A stretch of DNA of 64,000 nt, taken from contig RHPI01003578.1 in the NCBI GenBank assembly GCA_009103225.1, forward strand, positions 173,986 through 237,985, in the 5' to 3' direction. The notes under the pieces are model-generated. The model saw only the letters and a list, made by a program, of their open reading frames with translations. It made no database searches and had not been told where the DNA came from. Shown piece by piece: positions 26,840 to 43,194 of the stretch. The position numbers and the translations under genes were made by a program. Source of the DNA: Chlorokybus atmophyticus. Taxonomy: Eukaryota; Plantae; Mesostigma and Chlorokybus algae. The first letter of the stretch is position 1. Each line of letters begins with the position of its first letter.

Positions 26840-27204
26840 CCCCCCCCCCCCCCCCCCGCCTTAAAATAATGAAACATAATTGGTAGATATCTAACAGATT
26901 GCTTTCTTTGCAGCATGCACATGTTGCTTATAGTTGTTGTTGGTTGCAACTAATGAACAAGCACGCAGGAGTTTACGTAAGCCAAGTGGTGGTATTGTCA
27001 ACTACAATTGTGTATGTCATGCAATACATGACATGTATATTACTATCTAACTTTGCACCACATGGTTTCACAAATCTTAACTAACATGTTTCCCCTTTGA
27101 AGTTTTCAGGATTCTAAAATGTTGTATATGCACCGATTGCCTTGAATTGTTTATGCTCGTACCGTGTGTATCATTGATATGGCTTCCAAGAATCGGCTCA
27201 TATT

Positions 27205-27263
27205 AAATGTACATGTCTGTTATTTGAACTTATCAAATGTACATGTCTGTTATTTGAACTTAT
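27205..27263. repeat. Perfect 29-bp direct repeat (period 30)
   Basis: AAATGTACATGTCTGTTATTTGAACTTAT twice. Confidence 0.9.
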
Positions 27264-27740
27264 ATCACAACAAATGCATGCAATGAACATGACAAGGCGC
27301 TCCATCCTTTGTGATGGCTCTGAGCGCCATTGTGCAGCACATTCCGCGTCTTGCTTGCATCCAGGCAGTTTAGCACCGTAGAGACACGTACATTACAACC
27401 CTCACTCTATGCTGACCGCAAATGTACATAGAGTTGTTATCACTATTCACAAGGCTTGTGTTACCTTATTAAAGTACTCAAGAAACTCAAGAAAATTGAT
27501 AATTACTTTTGGGTTGTAATGTACGTGTCTCTACGGTGTAGTATCTTGACCAATCTCGTTTGCACTTCAATCCTTCCATCAGAATTGTTCGCTGCTGCGT
27601 GCTCTATCGCCAAGTGCAAGAATGCTTACAGCGGAGGCAGTATCTTAGGTCCACGTGGCGCACTGGCAGTGGTTGGAAGCGATATATCCATAGCGCATGC
27701 ATGCGACAAGGCGGAGGCGGCGGGAACGGCGGCAGCGACA

Positions 27741-29508
27741 ATGGCGGTGACGATGACAAACAGTGCCGCGACGTCGTTGCTGCGAGGAGCAGCTGCCACG
27801 TCGCAATATGCCGCCGCCGCAGAGCAGCAACCTGCTAGGCCAGCGAGGGAGCGTCCCGCCGCCGCCGCCGCCGCCAGGTCGTCTTTCCTGGGGAAGGCGG
27901 CGGTGACTGGCAGCAGGTTAGCCGCGTCGTCGTGGTCGTCGTCATTGGCGAGGAGACGGACGACCGTGGTCGAGGCCTCCTCAGCCGCAGCCTCGTCGTC
28001 GTCCTCATCGCTGCTGGACGGCTTCCCCACCCTGCAGGACCTCCCCCTGGTGCCCTTCATTGATGCGGAGGGCAAGGTGGCCTCGCCGCCGGCGGCGGAG
28101 GGCGTGACGGCGGCGGCGTGGGTGTTCGCCGTTCACGACAAGAACAAGAAGGTTCAGTACATTGGCTTCTGCGGCGCCGATGCCCGCAATGCCCTCCGCA
28201 AGCTGCTCGCCCGCCGCCCCGCCCTCTGCTATTATTTCAAGAGCGCCCCCCTCACCGCCATCGACCAGAAAGCCCTTGTTGAAGCCAGAAACAAGTATGA
28301 CTACGTTGTCCCAACCCACAATGTACAACTGTGCCGCATGCATGCATGTATGCATGCATGCATGCGGCAACACGTCGTACACACAGCTACGTTCACCGTG
28401 GCAAACCTTGCAATGCCATCCATTGTTTACTCCCTTGCCTTTTGGTCTTGGTCTCTAGTAATAGAGCACATGGCGCTCTGTAGTTCACACTGGCAATGCA
28501 TTGTACTCTGGTTGTTGTGTGTGCATGCATTGTCTCGACTCCATCTGTTCACTGCACAGGGCCATCCAGAATTTTATAGCAATCAGTGCTTTTCCAGTGT
28601 TGTTCAGTTGTAATTAAATTGACTTGCAGTCGCTTCAAGGTCGAAGCCACTGCAAGTCAAGTTTAGGACACATGAAAAATTGTTCGCAGGCTTGCATTGT
28701 CTGCTCGGTGGCAAGTGGTGTTTGGTGCATGCAGCATGCAAACTTCCTGTTGTATTATTCGTGTCTCTGCAGGTGGGCTTCTGAGCTTGGGGTGTTGCCG
28801 AAGGGCAACACAGACCAGTCTGAGAGGAAGCAATGGGAGGCACCAGTGGATGCGGGGGCTGTATCAGAGAGGGGTAAGGCCGCAGCAGCAGCATCCACGG
28901 CGAAGCAGCTGTCGGATGCGCTGGCAGAGCGCGGGTACAAGGAGGCGGTGGTGTGGGACCCTGAGCTCCTAGCCAAGGGCCAGGTGGACATTCTCGCCAA
29001 CGTGGAAGAGGAGCGCTCGGATGAAGAGAAGGATGCGGCCGCTGCGCGCGTAGCTGAGGCAGTTGCGAAGCAGCGCCATGTCAACATAACCATTGGCGAG
29101 CGCAACATTGAGTATGACATCACGTACCAGCGCAAGTTCCCCACAAAGGGCGGGTGGATGATTGACCTGATGTTGTCCTACGACGGGTCCGACACAACTC
29201 ACCGAGTGATCTGCTCCAAGAACTCCGTTGAGCGCTACCAGACCTCCCCTGAGGAGATTATTGAAACAGCCTTCGCGCTGTTTATGGCCAAGCGTATGCC
29301 ACGCAAGACTGAGGGCCTCCTGGCCTCCGGCGTCTTCCCGGTGAACTACTTTACCATCAGCGAAGTCGAACAGTGGTTTGACGACTTCCCGAAAATGTTC
29401 AATGTCACGACTCCTGCGCGCGATAGGTGGGGCTTCAACCGCCTCCACACGTATGGCACGCAAGCGGAGGGGTCCCCTCTGCTGGGACCCGGCGCCAACT
29501 CTACATGA
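27741..29508 (+). CDS. Plastid-targeted GIY-YIG-like domain protein (cyanobacterial/GRXS16 N-domain-like) with an extra C-terminal domain; 2 exons (27741-28294, 28773-29508)
   Basis: Transit-like N-terminus, then FPTLQDLPLVPFIDAEGK..WVFAVHDKNKKVQYIG..LRKLLARRPALCYYFK..RNK|WASELGVLPKGN, matching the recalled cyanobacterial GIY-YIG family pattern. The splice junction is in frame. Confidence 0.75.
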
Positions 29509-30336
29509 GGGGTAGACTCTTGCCGTGCGCGCTGCCTTGCGCTGGATTTTCTTGTTGAGGTGCATAGGTTGATATTGTTTTGTAGCCGCGATATACTGCG
29601 TAGAATTTTGTGATGGGAAGTTGGCCTGAGTTGAAGGTCTGTTTTACAGTTGTCAAGTGTGCAGAATGTCACTGCATGCATGCATAAAAGCATTGCACAG
29701 CGACTAGCAGCAGATCCTGTGGACAGGGCAGAAGGGGCAATGGAGTTGCGTCGGCTGCGCGATGTGGCTCATGTGTTTTTATGCTGTTACACTACATGGT
29801 CATGGCAGTGACATATGACCCTGGCAGATAATTGCAGCCATCATTGCCTTTTGTGTAGGTGAGGCCGCTTTACCATTATTACTGTATGCTCCGACGCTGC
29901 TGAGGGGCCCAGCACGCTGCAAACAAGCTGGCTGCCAGCTCCTGCGCGACCACTCACCCGCTGTGCATGGTACAACCCATGCATCTGGTTTTGTGTACGA
30001 ATTGCTAGCAGAATCTAATGCGAGTTGATCGTGGTGCAAGTTATAACATGGTCTCTGCCTGAGCATGGCAATGGTAAGCTACGCCCTCCACCAACTTACA
30101 CCAAGGGTTATAGTGAGGACGCGTGCTATGTCTAAAGGATTTATATGCAAACACATGTTGCACAAGCGCACGCCTGCAGTCAGGTTTGCTCGCTGTGAAG
30201 CGTGCGCTGTTTGTGCCCATAGTCACTGTGTAACCGTCGAGCTGGCGACCCATTCAAAAAGCTCTTCCAACACAGTTCGCCTCGACCTTGATTGTGCCTC
30301 GTAATGCTCACATACAGGAAGTCATCGCCAATGGTC

Positions 30337-33300
30337 TCATAATTGTGCCTGCAGACATCGTGCAATCTCCAATATTGCTGCATGAGGAGTAGTAGGCAGG
30401 TGGTGAGCCAGGATGGCAGCAGTGCATGTATTGTGCTGTTTGGCAGCCGCAATGGCGAAGGCAGCTTCATGTGGAGAGGGCAGCTGGTAAAACACCAGGT
30501 AGGTGTAAAAAAGGGTACGTAGCATGGCCACGGGGACCTGTTTCCCTCCGCTTCCCAGCCTCGCGGACCGCAAGAACACTCTATCATCTGGTGCACAGCC
30601 GAGCGCGTAATAAGCACTCAGAACGCCAGCTGGCGAAGCGAAGCCCAGAGTCTTGTACACTTGCTTCATGCGCACAGCAACCGCGGCGATGAAGGTTGCA
30701 TCCACCAGAGGAGCTTTGGAAGTGTTGGTTTGGGAGAAGGTGATGGCGAGGGCTATGTTGCTGACATCAAGTGACGATAGATGCACAGCGTTGCCGGCTG
30801 ATGCATCCTCAAAGCGTTGAACGACAGATGCAAACTGCTGGTAGTATAGCGCTTTCCAAGGCCGCTGCGAAGTCATTGCTTCATGCAACAGCGCTGCGTG
30901 CAACGATGCGAACACATCACCGGGAGCTTCGATGGGTATCAGCACCGACTGCGTATCTGTCGTGACAACAGGCATGTCCACCTCCTGTGCGGCGCGCTCT
31001 CGTGCAAGTACCGCCGCAGAGTGTAGGCACAGTGAAGTTATGTCACCCTGGACCGCTGTTGGCTCGCTGCAAGGCCCATCAGGAGCGCCTGCTGGCCGGA
31101 AACCCTCTCTCAGGACTGCAATGCAGGAGGCAGCCTCAGGTAACAATCGCTTGATCTTCGACTTGACATATAACGGCTTGCTGCACAGGGCTACTTCACC
31201 ACCATTATACATCACTATATCCTGCGGCCATACTTGGGGACCCAGTACCCGCACTCTTGAAACCTGCCGTGCACATTACATGTTGGTTTGACCCAACAGT
31301 TGCGCAGCGACGCATGCAACTGTGACGGCTGATTTGCAACTTGCATGTATACCTGCAGGTGATCTGGAGCAGGGCATGGCGTTGTGCGAGATAGTATTAA
31401 CGTCTCTTCATGGCTTGCTTGCAAGCGTGGATGGGATGTGACAAGCTCCAAAGGCACATGCAATGCCTGTCCTGTGTCAACATCCCTGGCTTCCACGCAG
31501 CGGGCTTCTGTTGCAAGCGCATACAGGTGCCTAAAAGCCTGTGAGTGTGGCAATGCTGAGTACCAACGTACAGATCCATGTGTAAAGGTGAAGTGTAAAT
31601 GCAGATAGGGACCTGTAGGTGACTGCGGTTGCTGCTGCAGTTCTGAGGGAACCGTGGATACAATGCAATGACCAGGTATGCAATCGCCTCATTGCTGCGG
31701 GAAAAGGTCTTCGTCCCGCCGCCCATGAACAGAAACCCCAAAGCCATTGATGCGGCCATGTGACTGCCATAATTAGCTCCATTGGCCACGTTACCGGCAG
31801 AACCCTGCAAGCATGTCAACCAATAATCATGTGTGCATCTGAACGGCGACCCATGTAGCATTGCATGATACTACTGGCATGTATACCTGAGCTACACCAT
31901 CCAGTCTCTGCGCAACAAGCCTGAGCAGCTTGAGAGTTGTGAGGTCCCCACTGCCGGCCATGACCACGCCCAACGATAGCGCGACAATATTGATGCATGT
32001 TTCAACGGTCACTCGGTCAACCTGATATGTTATGGTAGTGTTGGCATGCACAAGGCCGCATCAGCCCCACGGCCTGCCTCGCCTGCGTGTTGTGGGACAC
32101 ATCCTCAGCACTCAACACGGCGCATGACTCACCTTACTAGCGGGCTGCCTCTGCTTCAAGAAGTACATAAAGTACTCACACAGTACATCACGCGCGGCTG
32201 CATCCGTCGTGCCAGCATACCGCAGGCCAATAGCAAAACACGCGCCTGTAGACATGCACTGTGAGCTTTTGTTTCTGTGCGCTGCTAGCACCAACGCAAC
32301 AGCATCAGTGTCCCCTGGCCCTATCTTGAAAGCAATTGTGACAACCAATGTTGTGCAAGGCAGCTGTTGCAGCAGGCGTAACAGATTGCATAAAGTACCT
32401 GCCAGGATGTTGGCATGGGCTTGTGCAATCGCCTCCACATCAATCGACTTGTCTCCAAGTGCATTCGCCTGCAACTGCTTGAGAGTGGCATGTATAAAGG
32501 TTGGCACTTGTGACTGCACCCACTGTTTGGTTGCTCGCACAGAATCCCACATCACAAGGGACCGCGCGATTATGCGCAACAGAATGAAATCAGGCCGCAC
32601 GTAGTCCAGCGCAAAGTGTGTTGCCGGTATTGCTATGCGCTCAGCCACAGCAGCGTCATTGGTCTTCATGAACATGAGTCCCAGAGCAAGCGTAGCGCCT
32701 GGGGAAGTCACATCCAAGTTCACCAAAGGGCTCTCCAGCACCTGTTGTAGATGCGTGGTGATGTTTACAGAGCCCACATCACTCGCACATATTTCAAGTG
32801 CACATCTGATGAGAGAACACTAGACAACATGTGCTAAGGCTATACCAGGCCTCCAGAGTCGTTCTGCTCATCACTTGGTCGAAGCGGCTGGCTCAAGCCT
32901 GGGAACAGATCTCCAAACCTGATGGTGTTATCATCACGTCCTGGGCGCTTGTGCTGCAGAGGGCATGATGTATGGCCTCAGAAGACAATTACGTTATGCA
33001 GGCAGGCAAACGTAACGGGCATGCAGATGCGCTTACCAGAGGTTCCGGCCCGCCAACCATGTAATGCCCCAGCCGCTCTTCTATCTTCATGTCGGCCAGG
33101 CCTATGGCATCACGGCCTTGGCCGAGTGTTGTGAGGCCCAGTGCCAGCCCTGCTGCCAAGGCATAGGACTCCAGGTCCGCTGAAACCTCCAGGCCAGGCT
33201 TTCGACTGCACATGAGGCAACAGGTATGACTTGACAGTGAGTCGCCAATAGTCAAAATTTGAGTTATGCGCTCATCAGACCGTAGATGTGCCTTATGAAT

Positions 33301-36300
33301 TGCGGCAGCAGTATACAAGGTCGTGCGTACCCGATTTCAGCAAGCATTATCTCTGTCATCAACCGATGCGCGGTTGCTTGGAATAGCAGCCCAACTGACA
33401 ACACTGCAGCTGTCTGCAATGGGGCGACGTGTAAGTATTTATGCAGCACACAGCCCAGCTTTGCACTACATCGTAAGCAAGCTTCGAGGAGTGCCGAAAG
33501 TGTTAATCCAGAGCCACTAACAAGCGACTTTGGCACCCAAATCCTATCGCCAGTCCTTGCATGTATACAAGCTGAACGTCACAACTCTTACCTGCACCAC
33601 AGGCGACAACTCAAGCTCAGGATAGCTGCTGGGGTGCCTGGCTGGTATGTGAAGAAACAGCATCTTTGCCGTTGCCGCATCCATGGTGCCACGCTTGGCT
33701 GCTGCCATGCCCAGTAGCACTCCAACTGTTGTAGCATCGTGCTCCTGTGTGGGTATAGGTGAGATTACCTACCTGACCAAACATGTGGCCATAATCCCCA
33801 AGCAATGGTGCATTCAGTTGCAAAAAAGTTGCAGGCTACCAGCGGCTTGCTAGCATATTTACGAAAGGACTTGCAAGAGCTGAACAGCAAACCTGCGACA
33901 GGTACTGATAGACATCCGTTGCTGCCAGGACCTTCAGGTGTCCACCCAGGCCGAGTGCCATCAGCAGGCCCGCATGAGCAAAAGATGCCTCTCGTGGCCT
34001 AAACGAGGCCCATAACAGCATCACCCCACATGATTGTACGTGTTTAAATGTGGAACGCTTTGGGTCGTGCACCGTCAACTACTTACCTGTTGTACACAAT
34101 CCATGTGCGCGTAATCTTGCCAGCTGCGCTGGCGGCGACCTGCATCCCGGCAGCAGCTCCGTTATGGAACTCAGGCCAGCTGGCAAGGTCCTGCATGCTA
34201 GCTGTCAATCCTCAGTTACAATAGCAGCAAGGTAGAACTCGCCAGCATGCAGCCATTGGCAACAGCTGCAACACAGACCCATTCACAACTTGTGAGGACA
34301 AGCCGCGCTTGGAAGCGGTTTACACGCATAAGACTCGCATGCAAGCAGCACCACAGCTATGGATTTGTCATCAATTTGTCATCATACAACATTGGTAAAC
34401 CTTAATGTCGATGCGCATCTTCCGAGCATACCGTTGCTGCCACAGAGGCCCCATGTGTATCAAGGTTGATGACAGCATTTTGTTGCTTGGGGAGTCGGCC
34501 AGACAGATTCAGCTTCGGCACCGTCAAAGCCTCAGTCAATAGCGGCTGCCAGGTGCCAAGTGTAAATGCTCCTCTACCCACCTGCAAGAAAGGTAGCAGT
34601 GGTTCAGACACCACATGTGCGGAGCTAACTGACAGTTGAATTGATGGCCCAACACCTTGAAGGTGCAAACATAACAATGTGACCACGTGACATCCTTGTG
34701 CATGGAACCGGCAACTTAACCTTGCTTGAACGCTGAAGCAATGGATGTTACAACATGACCCAAGCACTGATAACAAGGGACACTACAGCATTTTGGCATG
34801 TGTGTCCAGCAGATAAGGCAAGCAGTTGACTCACCGGCAAGGCAGTTGTACGAGCTGCCAACCGCCACAGTCGTGCCTGCTGCCTCGCAACAAGGTCAGG
34901 CCCGTCACTGGCTGCAGGATTTGCATCGGTGCAAACGGGCGCAGGCAGGCTGGACTGCAGCAATGCCCGAATATCTCGTACTCTCATGTCACGCCCGAAC
35001 TGATGTGCGTCCTTGCCAACGCAAACATGCTCCATGCCATTGGAGTCAACGTTGTCCTCACCACTTGGGTTTGTTGCTGAAGCATCACCTTCAAGACCAC
35101 GAACAACAACATCAGAAGCCACTCTGGATGCTTGCATCCCAGACTAACCAGCTTGCCTGCTTCATCAATGCGAGCAGTTGGGTGGCTGCCATCACCTGGC
35201 TGCCATCTGACGTCATATGATGGTGGTAGTGGTGCCCTGCTGCACCAGCTAAAGTAGCGATGGTTTCTTGACAAGTCTTCACGTCCAATGAACAGATACG
35301 CTTCAGGTGGCCAGTCTGCAGGTGGATGTTCGCGACAGTCTTCCAAGGCCTGACCAGTGATACACGCTCAGACTGTGTATGCTAGTGACGCACTTGTTAG
35401 ACCAAGTCATGCACAATTTGCTGGTCAATTGCCTGTCGCAATGGAAGAGATACGGCCCATGGCAGTCTGTCAAGCTTGGGCCAATCAAATCTGGCATCGC
35501 TCATGGCGAGCACCGCAGCCTCAGCACCCTTCAAACACAAGCATTGGTAGAAGGAAATCACATTGGCGGACAACTGCAGCTCTGCGTTGGACGGCATAAG
35601 CTTGGGAGGTTGCAAGTTGCTCCCATGCTGAGAGTGCTTATGTTGTACGCGTCCTTTGACAGCGTACAGCAAGGCACTCTGCAGGTACGACTGCAGGCAG
35701 GGTGGGGGTGGAAGCAACAGCCGTGGGCAAGCGGTATGCAGTTGAAGCAACGGGCTATGTTGCGGAGGTAATGCAGCTTCAGGCATTGACAGGCAGCGTT
35801 GGTAGTAGTCCACGTAGTGAGTGGCATTTGCAGCGGCTGTCAATGATGATAGAAGCTCTGCCATCGCAGGCAGGTGCCTGGCCAGAGCAAAAACTATGTC
35901 CCAGCACTTTGAAACAATGATGTCTCTCATAACCTTGCAACCCTATTGCAACCAAGATGTACCTGCTGTAGAGTATATCAAGCTGCATGTCTTCAAAGAG
36001 TGCATGCAAGGCGTTGATGACGGCTAGTATGCGCTCCTCCGCCACGGGCGCTGCGACCAGTGCACTGCTGGCTGTGCAAGGTTCCATGCTGAACGGTGCG
36101 CTTGATGCAGGAGGGATGGGCATACACTTGATGGTGTTGGAGAGCGCCAGCTGTCCATGCTGCTTACTGCTCATGAGCAACTCCCAAGGAGTCTGCTGTT
36201 GGCTGTCAAAATCCATTGGCCTCCTGCTTAATACATCTTGCGCGGGGCTATCTTGAAGTATGGACATTAAGATGGCGTGCAATGCGCTGACGTAAACATC

Positions 36301-39300
36301 GTCCTCTCTGCCTGCAATAAACTTGACATCAGAGAACTAGAGATGACGTCCAGCAACAAGTTGATGGACAGGGGCTGTGTTTTAATAGATTTATGCCTTA
36401 TTGGAACAACTTGCTTCACACTTGCATTGCGTCACTACCAGATTCACTTAGGAGCCATACCACAAGAGGACTGATCAGCGACAGGTAGCAGTTTCTGCAC
36501 GATATTAAGAATTGTTGTGGTTGGCAAACATGACACGAGCGCCGCTAGCACCCTCCGCACCAGCGGTGAGACGGGCACAATGCTTGCCAGGCTTACGCGG
36601 TGTACCTGTTTTAGTTCCAATACTCAGTTTACAGGTTGGTCTTCATCTTGGCTTCAATGACATAAGCAGCTGCTTATGCGTTGTCAGCGTAGACTTGTCA
36701 TGCACTGGACCCTGGATTACCTTGCCGTCCAGCATCACAACACTCACTCGACTTTGCAAAGCATCTCGCAGCCCAATAACTCGTGAAAGGCCTGCAGTAG
36801 CACTCACGGTGCAACAGAGTTAGCACCTGTTTAGCGCACACTCATCAACAAGGAATGGATCACAGCTACTGGCACTGACTCAAACATACCACAGGTCATC
36901 ACAAACTCAATGGGACAAGCATTGTGCTGTGAAGGCAGCATAGAAGCAGGGTGCACTCAAAGGCGATGCGTACAAACTATACAAAACGTCCATGCTGAAC
37001 CAGCTCATATATAAACACACTGGCCTGAACAACCGACAGGCACAACGTACCTGCCTGCTGTATGGTTAACCCAAAAAGCTTTGTAGCTCCAACCTGTTGG
37101 TACGACACATGTTTCAAACTGCAGCACCATGCAGTTGAGGCATTGTGATCAAGCCTACTTACATGCAACAGCAGTTGTCCAGCCGGATAGACAATCAGGA
37201 GATCTCGGGGGGCATGTCCACCATCATACATGAATCTGTCGGCCCTCAGCCAGTGTGCGACCAACTATTATTGCAAGTGCAGTTTGCGGTGATCATGCTA
37301 CAGCATGCCACAATATGACACGCGGCAAGGCATGCCAAAGTGTGCCTGTTGGAAATACACAACCTGAAAGCCAAGCACTGACATCACGACTCACGTTCTG
37401 GAAGCGATCACTGCGGCAGCATCCACAGCTTTAAGACTGAAAGCAGCTCCTGTTGCATCTGCCAGGACGTGATTGCCCTTGGTGCTGATGCGAACACCAT
37501 GCAGGATGCTATGAGTATCAACATAGCAGATGACTTCGTGTAGGTCCTCATCGTGCACCACCATCACCTGCAGCAGTGTGCGCAACATTGCCCAACATAG
37601 ACCCAACTTGCGAGAACATGTTTATATCAGACAATCAAGCATGTACCTTGCTTGTAGGCCCAGTGCCATAGTCTTTCGTCTCCTGCCATACTGGAAAGGC
37701 AATGGCCTCGCTCTGTTGCAGCTCCAAGACTGGGCCAACTGGTTTCTCAAAGTCACTGTGTTTACTTGCTGTGTGGAGTGACAGCCTCCAAAGAGCATGC
37801 CGTTGTAACCCTGTGCAACGTGCGTGTGTTAGTTGATAGGTTGTGCGTGTGGTCAAGACTGTTTATTACGTACTCACTTGAACTATGTGTCATGAACAGG
37901 GACATCCGCAAAGAGCTCCAAACAACCACTTCATTATTGTGTCCGGATATGTTGCCCTCGGGTAATCTGCCAGCTTCTTGTCTCATAATGACTGGCTGTT
38001 ACAAACGCAGAAATTGAGTGTGCCATGAGTGCAACCGTACGCACCACACTTCACGAGCTATCTGCCTTGGCATTACTGAAGCTTCTGGGTATCAACACCT
38101 GTAAGTCTTCCAAAGGATGTAACAGCACATACACTGCACCACTTGCACCAGCAGCCATACTGGTCAGAGATGGCAGTTTGGCATGCGCAGTCGAGTTCCC
38201 ATCCAAAGTTTGTTGCACAAGTAACCCTTGCTGCAGTGGGAACATGGCTTGAGGCATGAAAGGAACCGGCAAAGTGTGAAGAACACCTGACAGATGACAT
38301 GGTATAGTGGTTGCTTGACACAAAACACCAGTGCGCAGCGGTTTAATTCAAAACATGGCTGGTCATTGTACCATCCGGGCCATAGGTGGTGATGGCATCA
38401 GCATGCAACATGCACAAGTAGTTTGCAACACCGCCGCCATCAAAGGTTGCCCAAGTAGCCTGCGATGCAATGAGTGTTGTCAAGAGAAGCCCCGGATGGG
38501 GCACTCCGCATACCTAAGCATGCATTCAGACCAACTGCATGCCAGTTCAACCTGTAGCACTGTCGACGGTAGTTTGAATCGCATATGCACATGGCGATCG
38601 GCGCTCCATGTCACGCTGCACGGAAGCCGTAGAGTTGTATGACATTTGCATTGTTACCAGACATAGCAGCATTTGCGTGTGGCAAGGTCAAGGGTAGTAA
38701 GTGGGATGCAACGCATGTTGCGCATAATAAGTGAACCGTGCTTCTTCTGGTTGACACATAACGAGTACGTATGCAGTCACTACACTCAGTTGCCGTGTAC
38801 GTGTGCATGCAAGCACAGTACCACAGCAGTCTAGCTGCGAGGCTACAGATTGTCGTTGCAAGCAACCTAGCAGTGGCGACGATGACCGGCATTGCTTGAA
38901 GACTGTCGCTTCAAGCAATGCACTGGCATGCATGCCGCAAGTTGTATGGATGTCTGTGTACAATACCAACCTGCGCTCTCTGCCTCACTAAAACCTCAGT
39001 CGAAGAAGGTGAGGCTTTATACGTTGAGATAGGTATGCCTTAGCGTAGCTAACTTGCTTACCTGCTTGCGAGCAAGTAAAGCTCCTCTTCAGCAGGCTCA
39101 CAGGCTTGAGAAGAGTGCGAGGGTGTGTTGGAGTCTCTCGCCCTACTGAGAGACTCAAACAGCGTGTAGGTGCCTCCAGGCCCAGCTGAGACGGCGCCAT
39201 TGGGCTCAAATGCACCAAGGCTTCTCAACGCAATGGCAGGAACGTCGCCGCCGCTGCTACCCACCACGCCGCTGCTGTCCTCTACGTCGTCCTCCATCTC

Positions 39301-39372
39301 AACCTCCTCCATGTCGTCCTCGTTCATGCCCGCCTCGTCCTCCTCCATGCACAATTGCTTCAGCAACTGCAC
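30337..39372 (-). CDS. APC1: Anaphase-promoting complex subunit 1
   Basis: N-terminal ALRSLGAFEP..EEELYL. PC-repeat motifs HAGLLMALGLGGHL, YALAAGLALGLTTLGQG, VTSPGATLALGLMFMKTND, YGSHMAASMALGFLFMGGG..FSRSNEAIAYLVIALYPRFP, QAFRHLYALATEARC. The start may be 39372 or 39348. Confidence 0.95.
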
Positions 39373-39652
39373 ATGCTCCAGCCCATCCCCAGATCAGCAT
39401 GCTGCAACTCAAGCATAGCATTCGCTTAAACTCAGCTGTACAAGTGACCCGTCGTTCAGCCAAGCCACGCTCAAGCTAGCGCATTTGCTAAAGGTCCAGC
39501 TCACAAACGCAAGCGCACACTGAGCTTGTTGCAGAAGCTGAACGTTAAGCTCAAAGCATGAAGCCACAAAAACGCTCAGGTTTACTTTGTGCTGTGCGCA
39601 ATTGGTTTGTTTGTGGCGTCAGTGCGGCGGGCCGTTGACAGCTGTGGCGACG
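39373..39652. promoter_or_regulatory. Short divergent intergenic region (probable bidirectional promoter) between APC1 and the Canopy gene
   Basis: Head-to-head starts about 280 bp apart. Confidence 0.5.
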
Positions 39653-42029
<2,377 letters not shown>

Positions 42030-43194
42030 AGTACAATGGGACACCCATGGCTTGTGCAAGTTGCGTCCCCATTTATATTTGAGAGACATCCTAACATCTA
42101 CGGCATACTGCTACTACCACATTCAATTGCAAAGCTGGATGTTACGATGGTGTTGCCCGTTGTCCATGTTGGAAGCTTGGGGAAATCTAATGCTATACCC
42201 TATGGTATTGCTATAAGTGACCAACGGTCACTGACCATACCCTTGTGTCTGCATTCACATGTAACCACATGTAACAGCATGTGCTCTTGTGCATGGGGCA
42301 TGCATCCATCTTGTGTGACAATACAATATTCAATAAGTACTACACCGGTAGTCTTTGTGGAACTGCTGTACACGCAGAGATACAGGGCGAACCAGAGGCA
42401 GGCGGCGGCAAGGTCAGTGCTAACGGTAGCAGCAAGACGATTGTGGGTCCAATTGGTGTAGTTGTGTTTATGTGCTGGTGCTGGTGCTGCTGCTGCTGCT
42501 GCTGTGTTCGCCATGTTGACCTGCTGCAATTGCACTACTCACCCACACATGACACGCCAGTGAACCGAGTAACCAAGCATGCATAACATCTCTTTCTGGT
42601 GGCGCAACAAACACAGCCAAACGTCCACCCAACACCAGCCAGCAGCACAACCACAGACAAGCCAGGAGGTTGCTTGCTTGCAGAGGTTGATCACAACCAA
42701 TGGGCCATCCCTCCACCGTGGGAGAGTTTGTTGCAACAAGCAGAGCGTGGCAGCTGCAGGGAAGTCCACCTACCACAAGCACAACACCGAGACGGCAGCT
42801 CTCCTGCAAGCAAGCACCGTTAGCCTTATGTTGACTCCAGGTCACATGGCTGGCGCCAGCATTGCGCCTCCTAGTTACAATGGTATCCAAGGCATCTTGG
42901 GGTGGTGCTGCAACCGTCGCCACACGTCAAGTATATCAACACTCAGCCACGCAAGTATGCAACTCTGTGCTGACCATAGCTCAGTATATGCAAAGGAGGC
43001 AAACCATTGCACCGGCAATGTGTAGTGAAGCAATGCACTCAGCGTCACCAACTGTGACTCGCAGCAAACCATGGGCACAGGAAATCTTACCGTACAATAT
43101 TTATATTAAAGCACACCCGCGGCATGCCTTAGAAAGCCTGTACCAAACCAACGCAGCATATCGCCACGCAGCAGTGAGGTTACGCAAGCTAGTG

